Part shown: piece after piece, positions 12,416 through 24,739 of the stretch
How the letters are laid out: the number at the start of each line of letters is the position of its first letter
Numbering within the stretch: the stretch's first letter is position 1
Assembly (NCBI GenBank): GCA_048013815.1
Contig: CM106585.1
Location: 9,486,001-9,550,000, forward strand
Source: Setoptus koraiensis
Taxonomy: Eukaryota; Animalia; Arthropoda
Direction of reading: 5' to 3'
Length of the DNA stretch: 64,000 nucleotides
The notes under the pieces: model-generated
The model's database searches: none
What the model was told of the DNA's origin: nothing
Seen by the model: only the letters and a program-made list of their open reading frames with translations
Made by a program: the position numbers and the translations under genes

Positions 12416-13490
12416 ATGTTACAAAGTCTACCTTATCTATTCGTGTTCTCAACAAAAATGTTTTTGGCATCCTCGATTCTATTAATCCTCGCTTTGCTTA
12501 TTTACAAGCGCATCATTAAAATATGTGATAAAGAAGTGGACATTTCATTAGAGAAAGCAATACTAATCACTGGTTGTAACTCTGGAATCGGTCTACAACT
12601 CGCACAATTTTTACAACAAAGGTCTTATAGTCATTTGTGGCTACATCGATGCCGAATCAGAGGGACACAAACAATTAAGCCAACTGCTATCTTCCGCAAA
12701 TCCACCTAGGTGTTTGCATTTAATAAAGTTGGACGTCACTTCAGACCAGGACTTAGCCAATGTGCTAGACTACGTGTCTGTTAACACTGAGTCAAACAAT
12801 TTTGAATTGCATGCCTTAATCAACAATGCCGGAGTCTGCATTTTCGGAGAATTCGATTGGTTAACAGACAAACAGATCGATAGACTATTCGCAATAAATG
12901 TGTTGGGAGCAATCAAATTGTCGAAGGCAATGCTGAAATTCTTGATACAATCCAGAGGTCGCCTGATCAACGTGTCAAGCGTCAATGACACAACAGTATT
13001 TCCCGGACTGTCAATCTACAGTGCCACAAAAAGTTCCATAAGTATTTTTTCAAAGGGCCTCAGTTACGAGATGCGTAAGTTCGGGGTAAATGTGATAGTT
13101 ATCAGATTGGGCGATTTTGCTAAGCTGACAAACATAATGTCAAGGCATGAAAGTAATAAGAATGAAATGTGGGCCAGCATGGATGAAGTAAAAAAGAAGT
13201 TGTGCAGTGACTTTTTTGATCGATTCAATCTTCATAATCTCAAAAATTACGGGATGACAAGCACGAAGGATTTCGCCCATTCCATATTGTTCAACGATTT
13301 TAATTGTGCAGTTTTGTATAAGTCAACCAATGCGATTACTTGTGCACAAACAAAGTTCAGGGTTTTCTATTGGCTTCTTGAGCAGTTACCCCTAAGTTTT
13401 CAGCATAAACTCTTGGACTGGATGTTCTATTTCGCTTGCGGGTGGTCATCAAATGAATGCTCTCGACAGGACTCGATGCTGATATCATGA
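12416..13490 (+). CDS. Short-chain dehydrogenase/reductase (BDH1/RDH/17-beta-HSD-like) with a frameshift near 12608-12614
   Basis: TM anchor then TGCNSGIG in ORF 12416. A +1 frame starting at 12612 (YNKGLIVICGY...) runs unbroken into ORF 12714, which carries LDVT, INNAG and YSATK. Confidence 0.85.
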
Positions 13491-13799
13491 TTTTGATGTT
13501 TGAGCAAGCATCTTTCATAAAGCTGTCGTAGCATGATTAGATACAGGGGGGCTAAATCATGATGTAAGCTACTAAAGATGATTGAATAAGATTCTAGTTC
13601 TATCTGTATCAAACAAATCACTAATTATTTATTTGATTTCGGAGCGGATTAAATAACAAAATTATAATCATAATAGATAGTTACATCAACATTAACAACT
13701 TCTGGCGTGGTTTCAATCGTGTCATGAGTCACAGGTAGCTGTAGAGATTTCTTAAATTATTATTATCAAGTATCAATTTCTGGGTATTTTTTCAAACTA

Positions 13800-14294
13800 T
13801 CAAAGTAACCTCAGGTCACCAGTAACTTTATCTACATCCTCGTTTGTGCCAAATATGGCCAGAACTGTTTTGGAGCCCGGTGCAATCTGTGTGCAACCAG
13901 CGTCGGAGACCATGAAGTTTGGTAATTTGGCTTGCTCTGCGTCAGTTTGTATCTGTTTGAGATGTTGTAAATTGTTGCCCTTCAGTACAATCTTTTTTTG
14001 GCCTTGGTCTAGCCATTGGTATGCCTTATATTGATCTTGGTCTGACCCAGTTTGTTGTATTTTCAGATACAGTCCTAATGCTGCGTGAGCAACTTGGGCG
14101 CATTGTTTTCCTTTGCCCATGTTCAAATCCATATTTACAATAAAAACCATTTTATGTGCAGTGTCTCCCAACGCTCCGAAGGCTAAACCAAAGGTATTCG
14201 GTATTAATGAGGTGGCCCTGGAAACAAGTGTGGCATGGTTGCTTGATGAAGATGTTTGATTGGATGATGCACTTGAGAATGTGGAACCCATCAT
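13800..14294 (-). CDS. PTRH2: Peptidyl-tRNA hydrolase 2 (Pth2/Bit1)
   Basis: KMVFIVNMDLNMGKGKQCAQVAHA, GQKKIVLK, DAGCTQIAPGSKTVLAI, VTGDLRLL. Confidence 0.93.
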   Translation of the reverse strand: MMGSTFSSASSNQTSSSSNHATLVSRATSLIPNTFGLAFGALGDTAHKMVFIVNMDLNMGKGKQCAQVAHAALGLYLKIQQTGSDQDQYKAYQWLDQGQKKIVLKGNNLQHLKQIQTDAEQAKLPNFMVSDAGCTQIAPGSKTVLAIFGTNEDVDKVTGDLRLL

Positions 14295-15065
14295 TTTATG
14301 TTTAAGTATAGTGATAGTGAAGATAATATTCTTCTATTATTGTTCTTGATATTATGTGCTATATATAATAATTTTTGTGTTGATAACAATAATAGCGAGC
14401 TTGATAATAGGTCAGTATTATTGTAATCACAATAGATATATTTATAATGATAGAGATAATAATTTATATAATTACAGTGATTCTATAACAGGGGTATGTT
14501 TGTTTATTTATCTAATTTATTTAGTCCATTTGGATAGTTTTGCCATTTTTAAGTGTGTCAATGATGTGCTTGTTCGAATCGTGCGCGATTGAAATCTCTC
14601 CCTTTATTCGTGTCTATCGGATGGCTGCAATTCGAAAGCAATCCCAACTCATGCACAGTGCAACGAAAATTGGGCGAAATTCAAATTTCAAAAAACGATC
14701 TGATGAATCGAACATACCATCATTCGTGTATTTTTATTTTATTTATCACACGTGATCCGGGTTAGCCTGTCCAGTAGTAATGTGACGACGCAAAATAAAC
14801 AATAAACAAAATTATAGACAAATATTAGGCCACAGAGTTCATTTGAGTATTGAACACGAGCAAAAGGTCATAGAAAAGCGAAACGAACGACGACGGCAAT
14901 CCCCTGGCAGTTCCGGTAAACCACAGTCATCCAATTATTACTCGCAATATGGTAGTATGAAATCATTTCTGTACATAACAAATACAATAATAAGATGATA
15001 CCACAACATTATTGAAATAACTGTCATTTGTATCATGAAACTAACATAATATCCATATAATCGAT

Positions 15066-16250
15066 ATGGACAAGCCCTCCTCTGCTACTGGAAAGATTGC
15101 ACACCACAGCGATAGTCAAACGCAAAAAAGAGATATCTCTGTAAAGAAGAAACTTCTGATAACAATCCTCATAACACTATTAAATCTGATTTGGTGCGAA
15201 TATGGCTACTACTACTATAAGTATCTGGCTTTTTGCGGTTGGCCCACAGTTAGTAACTCCAGTGGTCGATCATTCGACGGAGTGGCGAAAATCATGGTGA
15301 TAACAGATGTTCATATAATGGGTAAAAGAAAGTCTGTTTGGTTTGACAAGCAAATCAGAGAACATCAAATGAAGCAATCTTTCTCAATCACTACTCGGCT
15401 ATTTGAACCAGATATTATCATCTTTTTGGGAGACATAATTGATGAGGGTTCTTATTCAAAAGATGAAGATTATGATCAGTATGTTGATGATTTCAAGAAA
15501 ATATTCCCTATAGATAAGACAAAACATGAGGCTATATTTGTTCCTGGTAATCATGACATCGGATCTCATGATACAATGAAGAATTTTCCGTACCTCCTTT
15601 ATAGATATATTGATAGATTCAATTCTACTTACTCGATAATGCACATTACATCCAGAAAGAAACCATCTGTACGTTTTGTAGTTCTCAATTCTATGTCATT
15701 TGCTAACGATTCTTGTGAACTATGTACACAGTCGTTGATAGAATTGAATTATCTGTCTAAACATTTAGATAGTGTCAAAAAACAAACGCGCGCATCTTAC
15801 TCCAGACCTATTCTCCTAACTCATTTTCCTCTCCATAGGCATGATGACACAAACTGCGATTACCCCCATTCAATGGCAAGCACCGTCAGAAAACCAAATC
15901 GGCAAGCGGTGGATGTTGTGCCAAAAACGAAAACTCAATACATCCTTAAAAAACTTGACCCTCGATTGGTATTATCCGGTCATACTCATATGAATTGTCA
16001 AACCACGCACCAAAAAGAGGATCAACCACTTGTGGAAATCCCAGAAATAACAGTGTCTTCATACAACCATAAATACGCGGAGAATATGCCATATTTTCTG
16101 TTGTTATCATCTACAGGTTCGCAACATTCTATCAAAGAATGTGGACACCCCGATGAGAGGATCATCTATCTGCTATACATTGTAAATATTATCTCAGTGC
16201 TAGTCATAATGCTTATTAAAAGAGAAAAGATAAGAGCGGCCAGCATCTGA
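15066..16250 (+). CDS. MPPE1: Metallophosphoesterase 1 (MPPE1/PGAP5-like), intronless
   Basis: Calcineurin-like metal motifs DVH, LGDIIDEG, PGNHDIG, LLTHFPL and SGHTH, with N- and C-terminal TM segments. Confidence 0.88.
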   Translation: MDKPSSATGKIAHHSDSQTQKRDISVKKKLLITILITLLNLIWCEYGYYYYKYLAFCGWPTVSNSSGRSFDGVAKIMVITDVHIMGKRKSVWFDKQIREHQMKQSFSITTRLFEPDIIIFLGDIIDEGSYSKDEDYDQYVDDFKKIFPIDKTKHEAIFVPGNHDIGSHDTMKNFPYLLYRYIDRFNSTYSIMHITSRKKPSVRFVVLNSMSFANDSCELCTQSLIELNYLSKHLDSVKKQTRASYSRPILLTHFPLHRHDDTNCDYPHSMASTVRKPNRQAVDVVPKTKTQYILKKLDPRLVLSGHTHMNCQTTHQKEDQPLVEIPEITVSSYNHKYAENMPYFLLLSSTGSQHSIKECGHPDERIIYLLYIVNIISVLVIMLIKREKIRAASI

Positions 16251-17077
16251 TTAGAAACTAATGCTCTCATCTATGTTGTCACCGTGGCGTGAATACCTAA
16301 AATTAAGAGCCTTCGCAGATCTTTACTAATCATCATCAATAAGTTAAACTCGCAAAACCTATCGATCACGTTTGTTTTTTTTTGCTTACTCTATGACGAT
16401 GGCAGATGGTAAAAGAAAAATAATACTTGCTCGACTCAAATAGGCTTACCCTGGGGTTATGAGGAAGTTAGACAGATTGTGTATCAATCAATCCATTTCA
16501 GTCTAAACACAATCAATGACTAGCTGATGCAAGCTTTAAATTAACTAACTGAAAGACAGTTGAAGCCGTTGAGATTGACACATTCTATGATCACTATCGC
16601 CATGAAGTCCGCATCGTTTTGATAAAATGGGCACAAAATACAAGTGGACAGTAATCAACAATTGACCTTCCCAAACTTGACTTGACCGATACGTAGTCAT
16701 GTCATTGCCAAGTTTCGTTCATTAGTTCTGTGACGTTGGTTGTTATCTGTTTGAAAGTCGATCAATGTGTGGCGAGAACAATTGATTTACGTCGAAGTGC
16801 TAATCGCATTCCGAAGAGATTAACTGCAATGTATCTGAGTGTCCTGTAGGAACTATACCTATTAAACTTTGTGTTCAATGCTTGATCAATTAAACGATCC
16901 ATTTATCGACTTCATCCAACCTAGATTGACGATGTGGACAAGATTGAGCTTTTTCTCGACCACCACTCAAAGATACAATAATATGTATCTCCAAACTTTT
17001 TGGTCTCAGTAGATTCGTTTCAGATATAGTAATATTGTCTAATGAATTGTTGTGTTAAACACGATCAACGTATATCC

Positions 17078-17544
17078 ATGAATGTATTAAAGATTTTTGA
17101 GGCCAAATCAAACATTAGATTGTTTCGTTTGTTAACTTGGATTGCGACATTATTACTGGTAGTGAATGGATTATTAAGTGAGTTATTACCTCGAATTGTT
17201 CGATTGAACAATCGGGATTTTTCGGGATTGCCAATTGCTGGCGCTTTAACGTTGGATCAAGCTCTCACCGGAAACCTTACAACAGATGGGTGAGTATAAC
17301 TTGAAAAAAATTACCAATAAATACCAACCACTCCTAGACTCACCTTTTGGCATCGCCATCTTTTTGTTTTGTTTGATCTTTGTAAAGTTTCGATCCAGAA
17401 ATATCTGCTAACAAAGAAAACAGCAGAGGTAGATTTAGAGTGAAACGAAATGACAATGAATACGAAAATCAAGATGAGGCCGAAGCCGAAGCGGATGAAG
17501 AGGAAGACGATGATGATGATGAGGAAATAGATGAGGCAAAATAA
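17078..17544 (+). CDS. Putative small secreted prepropeptide (about 122 aa) with an RVKR site and acidic tail; exons 17078-17289, 17388-17544
   Basis: Hydrophobic signal LLTWIATLLLVVNGLL. Donor GG|GTGAGT at 17290 and polypyrimidine acceptor TGTAAAG at 17387 are phase compatible. The second exon reads FDPEISANKENSRGRFRVKRNDNEYENQDEAEAEADEEEDDDDEEIDEAK*. Confidence 0.6.
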
Positions 17545-19603
17545 GAGCCGATCAGTTGCTATCATAAACAAATGATGAATTCGCTCGAGCGGAGAAACAC
17601 TCGAACAATTTATTGCCAACCACATATAAAAAGATCATCAACAAAGTATGATATGGTAGTCATTAAATTGACATCGTACTTGTTTTGAAAACACGATTAA
17701 ACCTTATCAAACTTTTTGTCGAGCCACGATTTGTTTCAATCGATGAATATGCAACTCTACAATCTGTTTCCAATTTTATGTGAATCCACTGTGTGATTAT
17801 TGCATAAAAAGATGCACCACGCCGAGACTGATCTGATAGGTATTATATGATAATTCATTTCATATATTCATATTGAATGATGATGCCCGTCAATATGGCT
17901 GTCTGTTTGTCTTTCAGCTCGCGACAAATATTCTATACTTTATCGATTCCATTCAGCTAGCTGACAATAGTGAATTTGACAATAACTGTAATGTATTATT
18001 TATCATTCTGATGACGACACTATTAACACAAATAAATCATCATTAGGTGAACAAAGAAAGAACAGACAACGATAATTTGCTAATTAGTTGTGAGAGCCAC
18101 CTGGGCTAATTAATGATAGATTTATGCACATATCAATGGTTCCTTCGTTACAATGCATGTGATCGGGCTTGAGTTGCATGACACGAGGGCACTGCCATGA
18201 TCATATGTTTATTATCATATGTTTGCTTGCGAGTGTGGTGTGCTGATTGCATTGGCAATCTCGGCTTACACATTCTTACTGTACTCATTTGGACGTGAGC
18301 CACTCAAGCCGGTTGTAACAATAGGCTACAATCTGCTTATACATATAACCAATATTATTTATAATTCAACAATAAAAACAAACATCCTACTTAATCATCT
18401 GGATACATATTGATAGTCTAATCTTCACTTTACTGTGTTCTAGTTGAAAATAATTAACTACACAGCTAAATTGAATTGAGCAATATACTGCCGTTTATTA
18501 CTGGTTCCATCTCACGTTTTATCCACAGTGCCTCAATAGAGGCACTTTTTTGGGGTGGTGACTCATCAGCCGTCATTGTCAACATATGTTAACGAACAAC
18601 ACCAATAGTACTAATTGAAATCTGATGTATATTAGATCAATCTTCGGAATAATTTGATCAGCAACTATTCAATCGATAGAACTGTCAACAAGCCATATAT
18701 TGTACAGAAGAGGAATCAGAAAAGGAGGCACGTGTTTTTTATTGCACCTCAAAAATACTCTTTACAGTCCATTTAGAGTACATTGTTCGATATCACCTGC
18801 CGCAGATAACAATATTATTGAGTTGGGGGCATTGCTTGCATTGATATATATATATACATACATTCAGAGTAACTTCAGAGCACAGCAGAAAGCAACTCAC
18901 TACTTATTAATCAATCATGCTAAAAACGCAATAAAAAGCTTGTCAGATTAACACTACTAAAAGAATCCGCCATTTATTGTCACCAATATCTGAATAGCTT
19001 GCTTGAGAAGGAACGTAAATCAATTCAGAAGTGCATTAGTAATTCATACAAGAGCTGAGCACCTCATGATAGGTTTTCATCTAAGTGACTGACTGATATG
19101 AAGTCAAAATAATGATAATATGCGAACAAAGTAATGTACAACAATAGAATTCACTCGGGATTGTTTTATATTATCTGTTTCAGGTTTGATCACATCAGCA
19201 GCTGATAGTTCCACCAACTATCAGTAGACAACCTATATGCAAACAGCGGTAACCGTACATTCTCAAACTGAGCTTTAGTATATCTATGTTAATGTATTCG
19301 GCGTCACCTAACTATTGAGCGAATACGATAACACTAGTAACAACATCAACAACAAAAAAGATCCTAACAATTGATGAGTTTAGACAAATGATAATTTTCT
19401 CACAGTACACTATTTCAATCTAATTTGTTGATCAGCACCCTTTATCAATCAGCAAGTAGCGAGCACTTGTTTTCAACAACTAGGATATTGAACATTTTTG
19501 TTGTGTCTACAACATACAACACCTACTCAGGCACAACAAAGAACTCTCAACACTTTATTCAAGTCAGATTGATACTAAAAATTTAAATATCCAAGATAAG
19601 TCC

Positions 19604-22600
19604 ATGATAAAAAATAATGATGCAAGCTCTTCCACTCACCAGGAAGTGGCTTCCTTACTTAAAACCAATCTCACCACTGGCTTATCTTGGGATGAGGCCG
19701 AGACCAGATTATGCCAGATTGGTTACAACGAGTTCAGCTGCGATACTAGTCCCTCATTGATCTCAAAATATTTGGAGCAGTTTAAAAATCCTCTCATCCT
19801 ATTGCTGTTCGTTTCAGTTATAATTAGCATCTTCATGAGGCAATATGATGACGCCATTAGTATTACAGTGGTAAGTGAACTATGAAAATGTTGTGTCTCG
19901 CATTCACTTACACTTCTGCCACAGATATTAATAGTCTTTCTTTATGTTCATCACTCAGGCTATTATTATTGTCGTCTCAGTGGCCTTTGTACAAGAGTAT
20001 AGATCGGAGAAGTCTCTAGAAGCATTGAATAAACTAGTCCCGCCAACTTGCAAGTCATTGAGAGCTGGTCAGCATCATGAGTTTTTGGCAAGAAGTTTAG
20101 TTCCTGGAGATGTTGTCCTACTCACGACAGGAGATCGCGTTCCAGCAGATGTTAGACTGTTTGATTGCCAAGACATCACGATTGACGAAAGCAGTTTGAC
20201 GGGTGAGACAGAGCCAGTGAAAAAATATACAGAGCCGCCGATGAGTCTCAACAACAATAACGTCCCAATGAAGCCACCTATTGATAGCGACGAAAGTTTG
20301 TCCACCTATACAAATTTGGCCTTTATGGGAACTCTAGTAAGATCAGGACATAGCAAGGGTATTGTGATAAACACAGGAAGTAATACCCAATTTGGTCTGG
20401 TATTTGGAATGATGCAGGCTGAAGATGCACCCAAAAGTCCATTACAAATAAGTATGGATCAACTTGGTCAGCAACTAACCCTCTACTCGTTTGGGATTGT
20501 ATTCTTTATAGTGATTATGGGTTATATGCAATCGCGTCCAATGAATGAAATGTTCACAGTAGGTGTTAGTCTAGCAGTCGCAGCCATACCGGAAGGTCTA
20601 CCTATCGTTGTTACTGTGACCTTGGCTATAGGGGTAGTGCGGATGGCAAAACACAATGCAATCGTAAAAAAGTTACCAGTTGTTGAGACACTTGGTTGTA
20701 TTCATGTTGTCTGTACTGACAAGACTGGCACTTTGACAAAAAATGAAATGACCGTGACAGAGATCGTTACTTCAGAGATGTATGAAGCTTCAGTGACGGG
20801 TGTGGGTTATACAGATCCGGGTGATGTGATGCTGAAACACTCAGAAAAGGATCAAAGCTTACAATATGATTGCATCCGTAGACTACTAAGTGTAGCTTGT
20901 ATTTGTAACAATGCCCATTTCGATAAAGATGGTAAACTAATAGGACAAGCCACTGAGGGTGCATTGATTGCAGCAGGACATAAGATAGGACTTCATAACA
21001 TAAGAGATGACTATCGGAGGATTGAAGAGATACCTTTTAGTTCGGACAGTAAAATAATGGCCGTCAAATGTGTTCCGTTCTTCAACGGAAGTACGGCCTT
21101 ACCAATATTTTACGTAAAAGGTGCCATAGAGAAACTATTGTCGGATTGCTCGGATTATTATGATAATGACACCATAAAAAAGTTAGATGAGTCTCGGAAA
21201 GCTGATTACTTGCGACTATCAGAGGTAATGGGATCAAGAGGCCTAAGAGGTAAGTCTTTTCAATCTTACCCGCTTGTCGCACTTTCACATTTGTGTGTTT
21301 GTAGAAATTTTCTAACTTATCGAAATCATTTTGTCAATCGTGACAGTGCTAGCTGTGGCCTTTGGGGCAAATCTGAAAGAATTGACCTTCGTTGGTATCG
21401 TTGGATTATACGACCCACCCAAGACAGGGGTAGCAGAGACTATAAAGATCTTACAAGATAGTGGAGTCGATATTAAAATGGTGACAGGCGACGCAAAAGC
21501 GACAGCAACAAGTATCGCAAGAAATTTGGGACTTATACGGCCAGGTTATATCGATACAATGTCTGGAAAAGAATTAGATCAACTCAATGAGAGCAAACTG
21601 GACATCATTTCCAAAGGCGAGAGACTCGAGAATGTTTCTGTGTTTTATCGCGTCACTCCATTGCACAAGGTAACTATTGTGAAAATGTTACAAGCCAGAG
21701 GATTGATCACAGCCATGACAGGCGATGGAGTTAACGATGGAGTGGCCCTCAAGAAGGCGGATATCGGCATTGCAATGGGACAAGCTGGTACAGATGTTTG
21801 TAAGGAGGCAGCCGATATGATACTATTAGACGACAATTTAGCAACTCTCACTTATGCCATCGAACAGGGCAAGGGTATCTTTTTTAACATACGCAATTTC
21901 ATAAGCTTTCAGCTATCTACAAGCATAGCAGCACTCAGTTTGATTGCTATTTCAACCATCATGCAAATTCCAAATCCATTGAATGCTATGCAAATTCTTT
22001 ACATAAACATTATTATGGACGGACCTCCAGCCCAAAGTCTCGGTGTTGAGACAGTGGATCAGGACGTTTTAACACAGCCGCCTAGGAGTATCAAAGAACC
22101 AGTACTCACTCTAGATTTATTGGTGAATGTTGTGATATCATCATCAGTAATAATTTTGGGTACCCTATTGGTGTTTGTCAGTGAGGTGAGTGCCCTCAAT
22201 AATTGTAAGCTATGACAACTTCTCTAAATAACTCGGTTGATCACTAATCAATACTAATCAAATCCACTCCAGATGTCTGATAACCAAGTGACACCTAGGG
22301 ACACCACCATGACATTTACATGTTTCGTTTTCTTTGATATGTTCAATGCCTTAGCTTGCCGATCTCAAGTGAGTGTCACCAAAAATGCATCTTCAAAATG
22401 TCCTAAACACTTATTCGTTCGCCTAACTAACCGCAATTTCTTACACCACTTTTCAAACAACTTCTAACAGACAAAATCTATATTCGAAATAGGTTTTTTC
22501 GGAAATAAACCATTCATTTATGCAGTCACGGGTTCTATCTTCGGTCAGATGTTGGTTGTTTATTTTCCACCATTGCAACGAGTATTTATAACCGAATCCT

Positions 22601-22749
22601 TATCCTACATGGACTTGCTCTCATTGATTGGAATCTCATCAACAGTTTTCATAGTATCTGAGCTGGTGAAAATGTTCAAGCGCAACCTAAACCGTCGCAA
22701 AGGCTCTCAAGAGTGGAAGCTACTTAGATCAGATCACTACATTATTTAA
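19604..22749 (+). CDS. ATP2C1: Secretory pathway Ca2+/Mn2+ P-type ATPase (SPCA/PMR1); exons 19604-19870, 19959-21249, 21347-22185, 22273-22368, 22471-22749
   Basis: [35 protein letters not shown] and [12 protein letters not shown]. Four phase-compatible GT-AG introns. An additional 5-prime exon is possible. Confidence 0.95.
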
Positions 22750-22951
22750 TGAATACGGACAAGAGCAACTCAATTACTGATACTGTTTTTATTTGAAATG
22801 TGGCCTCAATAAATATCTACTTAAATTAATTGTGCTTTAATGTGTACAATCACTAACAATTCTGATCATTCTAATATAATCAAGGGCCCGATTGACACAC
22901 AATAAAGACGGAGTCAATCGTAGGCTAATCAGCTCAACACCCGGAATGAAT

Positions 22952-24361
22952 CTAGTGATTTGAATGTAACTTGATGCAGGCGACTGAGGCAGCAGCGACC
23001 AGTGCTGAAATAATTGTAAATTTAGCAAAATCGCGCAAAAGTTTATCTTGGGCGTGCCGCCTCTCAATGCACTCATTAATAGGTATGCGCGAGAAAGTGA
23101 CCATAGTATAGAGAGGAATCCATCTATTAGGCATCAATTTATACAGCATATTATCTAGACTTTTCCTCATGGCAAACATTTTAGAGTTGACCAGGTCTCG
23201 CATCTCTATGTAGTTATACATGGCTAAATCGCTCATCGCTTGACCATTTTCACACCTGCGCTTAGTGAATTCTTGCAAACATTGCCCAAGTTTTTCAGCG
23301 AGAACATCACCGTTCAAAGTAGATGTAATGGCGTATTCATCTAGGATTTCGTCTAGTACTAGACAATCCTCGAAGCCGCAGTTCATTCCTTGACCGTAAA
23401 ATGGTACCATTGCGTGCGCCGCATCTCCCATTATCAGAAAATTTGATTTATAATGATATGGTCGACATTTGACAGAAACCAACGGGCTGGGTTTCGTCGT
23501 TCGGAATGCATCCCGAATCCTTGTTTCGCCAATGAACTTTATGGAATCGGGAAAATATTTTCGAAAGAATTGCAATGCTTCATCGGGCGTTTTGAGTTGG
23601 GCGAATCGCCTGTTGGGCATAAATAGTGTACAGGTAAATGTCTTGTCGTTGTTCGGTAAGGCTATCATCATAAATTGACCTCTGGGCCAAATATGCAAAT
23701 AGTTGGGCAGCATCTTGTACTGGCCTTGCTCGTCAGCATCAATTCTCAGCTCCATGTAGCCATGCTCTATGAATGTCTGACTGAAATCAATTTGTGCTTT
23801 CTTCATGAGTAAATTGCGCACACTGGAGTGAGCCCCATCGCATCCGATCACCAAGTCGAAGGAATGATACTTTTTAATCACATTCTCACTGTCGCCACTA
23901 TGAGCACCGCAAACAATTTCGAATCCTAGTTCCGCTTTGTCGGCATTCAGACTAATCAATTTGTGATTGAAAAGAAGAGTAACTCTTGGTTGTGACTCGG
24001 CGTAATCCAATAAATAATTGTTCAGCGAGGCCCTCTCGATAGAGTTTATGCATCTACCGTCGGGATCGTACTGAATTGGCTTCAGTTGACCATCTACACC
24101 GTGTATCATGCGTGCCTTCATTGGTATGGCATTCTCTTCAACTATCTTCTCTAAGTTGAGACGTTTCAAGGCGCTGATGCCTCTGTGGGATATGGCTAAA
24201 TTTATCGATCGTCCGAAGTAGCCCCTCTCCTGACGACCATCATGTCTACTTTCGAAGAGTGTCACTTCAAACCCACGTTGAGACAACAAGCATGCTTCTA
24301 GTGCCCCCACAAGACCACCTCCAACAATGGCCGCTCTAGGTGTATGATTACTCTCTGTCAT
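22952..24361 (-). CDS. KMO: Kynurenine 3-monooxygenase (cinnabar), intronless
   Basis: GGGLVG FAD motif, GRSINLAISHRG, GCDGAHS, HIWPRGQFMMIALPN and GDAAHAMVPFYGQGMNCGFED. ATG at 24361 is the likely start. Confidence 0.96.
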   Translation of the reverse strand: MTESNHTPRAAIVGGGLVGALEACLLSQRGFEVTLFESRHDGRQERGYFGRSINLAISHRGISALKRLNLEKIVEENAIPMKARMIHGVDGQLKPIQYDPDGRCINSIERASLNNYLLDYAESQPRVTLLFNHKLISLNADKAELGFEIVCGAHSGDSENVIKKYHSFDLVIGCDGAHSSVRNLLMKKAQIDFSQTFIEHGYMELRIDADEQGQYKMLPNYLHIWPRGQFMMIALPNNDKTFTCTLFMPNRRFAQLKTPDEALQFFRKYFPDSIKFIGETRIRDAFRTTKPSPLVSVKCRPYHYKSNFLIMGDAAHAMVPFYGQGMNCGFEDCLVLDEILDEYAITSTLNGDVLAEKLGQCLQEFTKRRCENGQAMSDLAMYNYIEMRDLVNSKMFAMRKSLDNMLYKLMPNRWIPLYTMVTFSRIPINECIERRHAQDKLLRDFAKFTIISALVAAASVACIKLHSNH

Positions 24362-24739
24362 AATACTGTTGATACCAATGCGTCCTCCTATACAGTATGT
24401 TATAAAAAGATTTGTTGGTGGGGCACTCACAGACCCGAAGCGAGCTCTATGTGCATAAGTGCATCCACCCATTTGGCAGCCGCCGATCAGCTGCTCGAAA
24501 ATTCACAACATCATTCAAAAATGTCGTCTGCACTAACAGAGCATGTCAGCTCTAGATAAATCTCATATATTACAAGTCATGCCATCATATTGCACTACAA
24601 CCTTAAGATTGATTCATCAGGATAAATTTACTATTCGATCGCCACATCGATATTAGATAATATTTTTTTTCAGGAAACTTCTATCAATTCTATGTCTACA
24701 CTAGATAGTAGCACACTTTAGACTTGATTTTTGGAAGAA

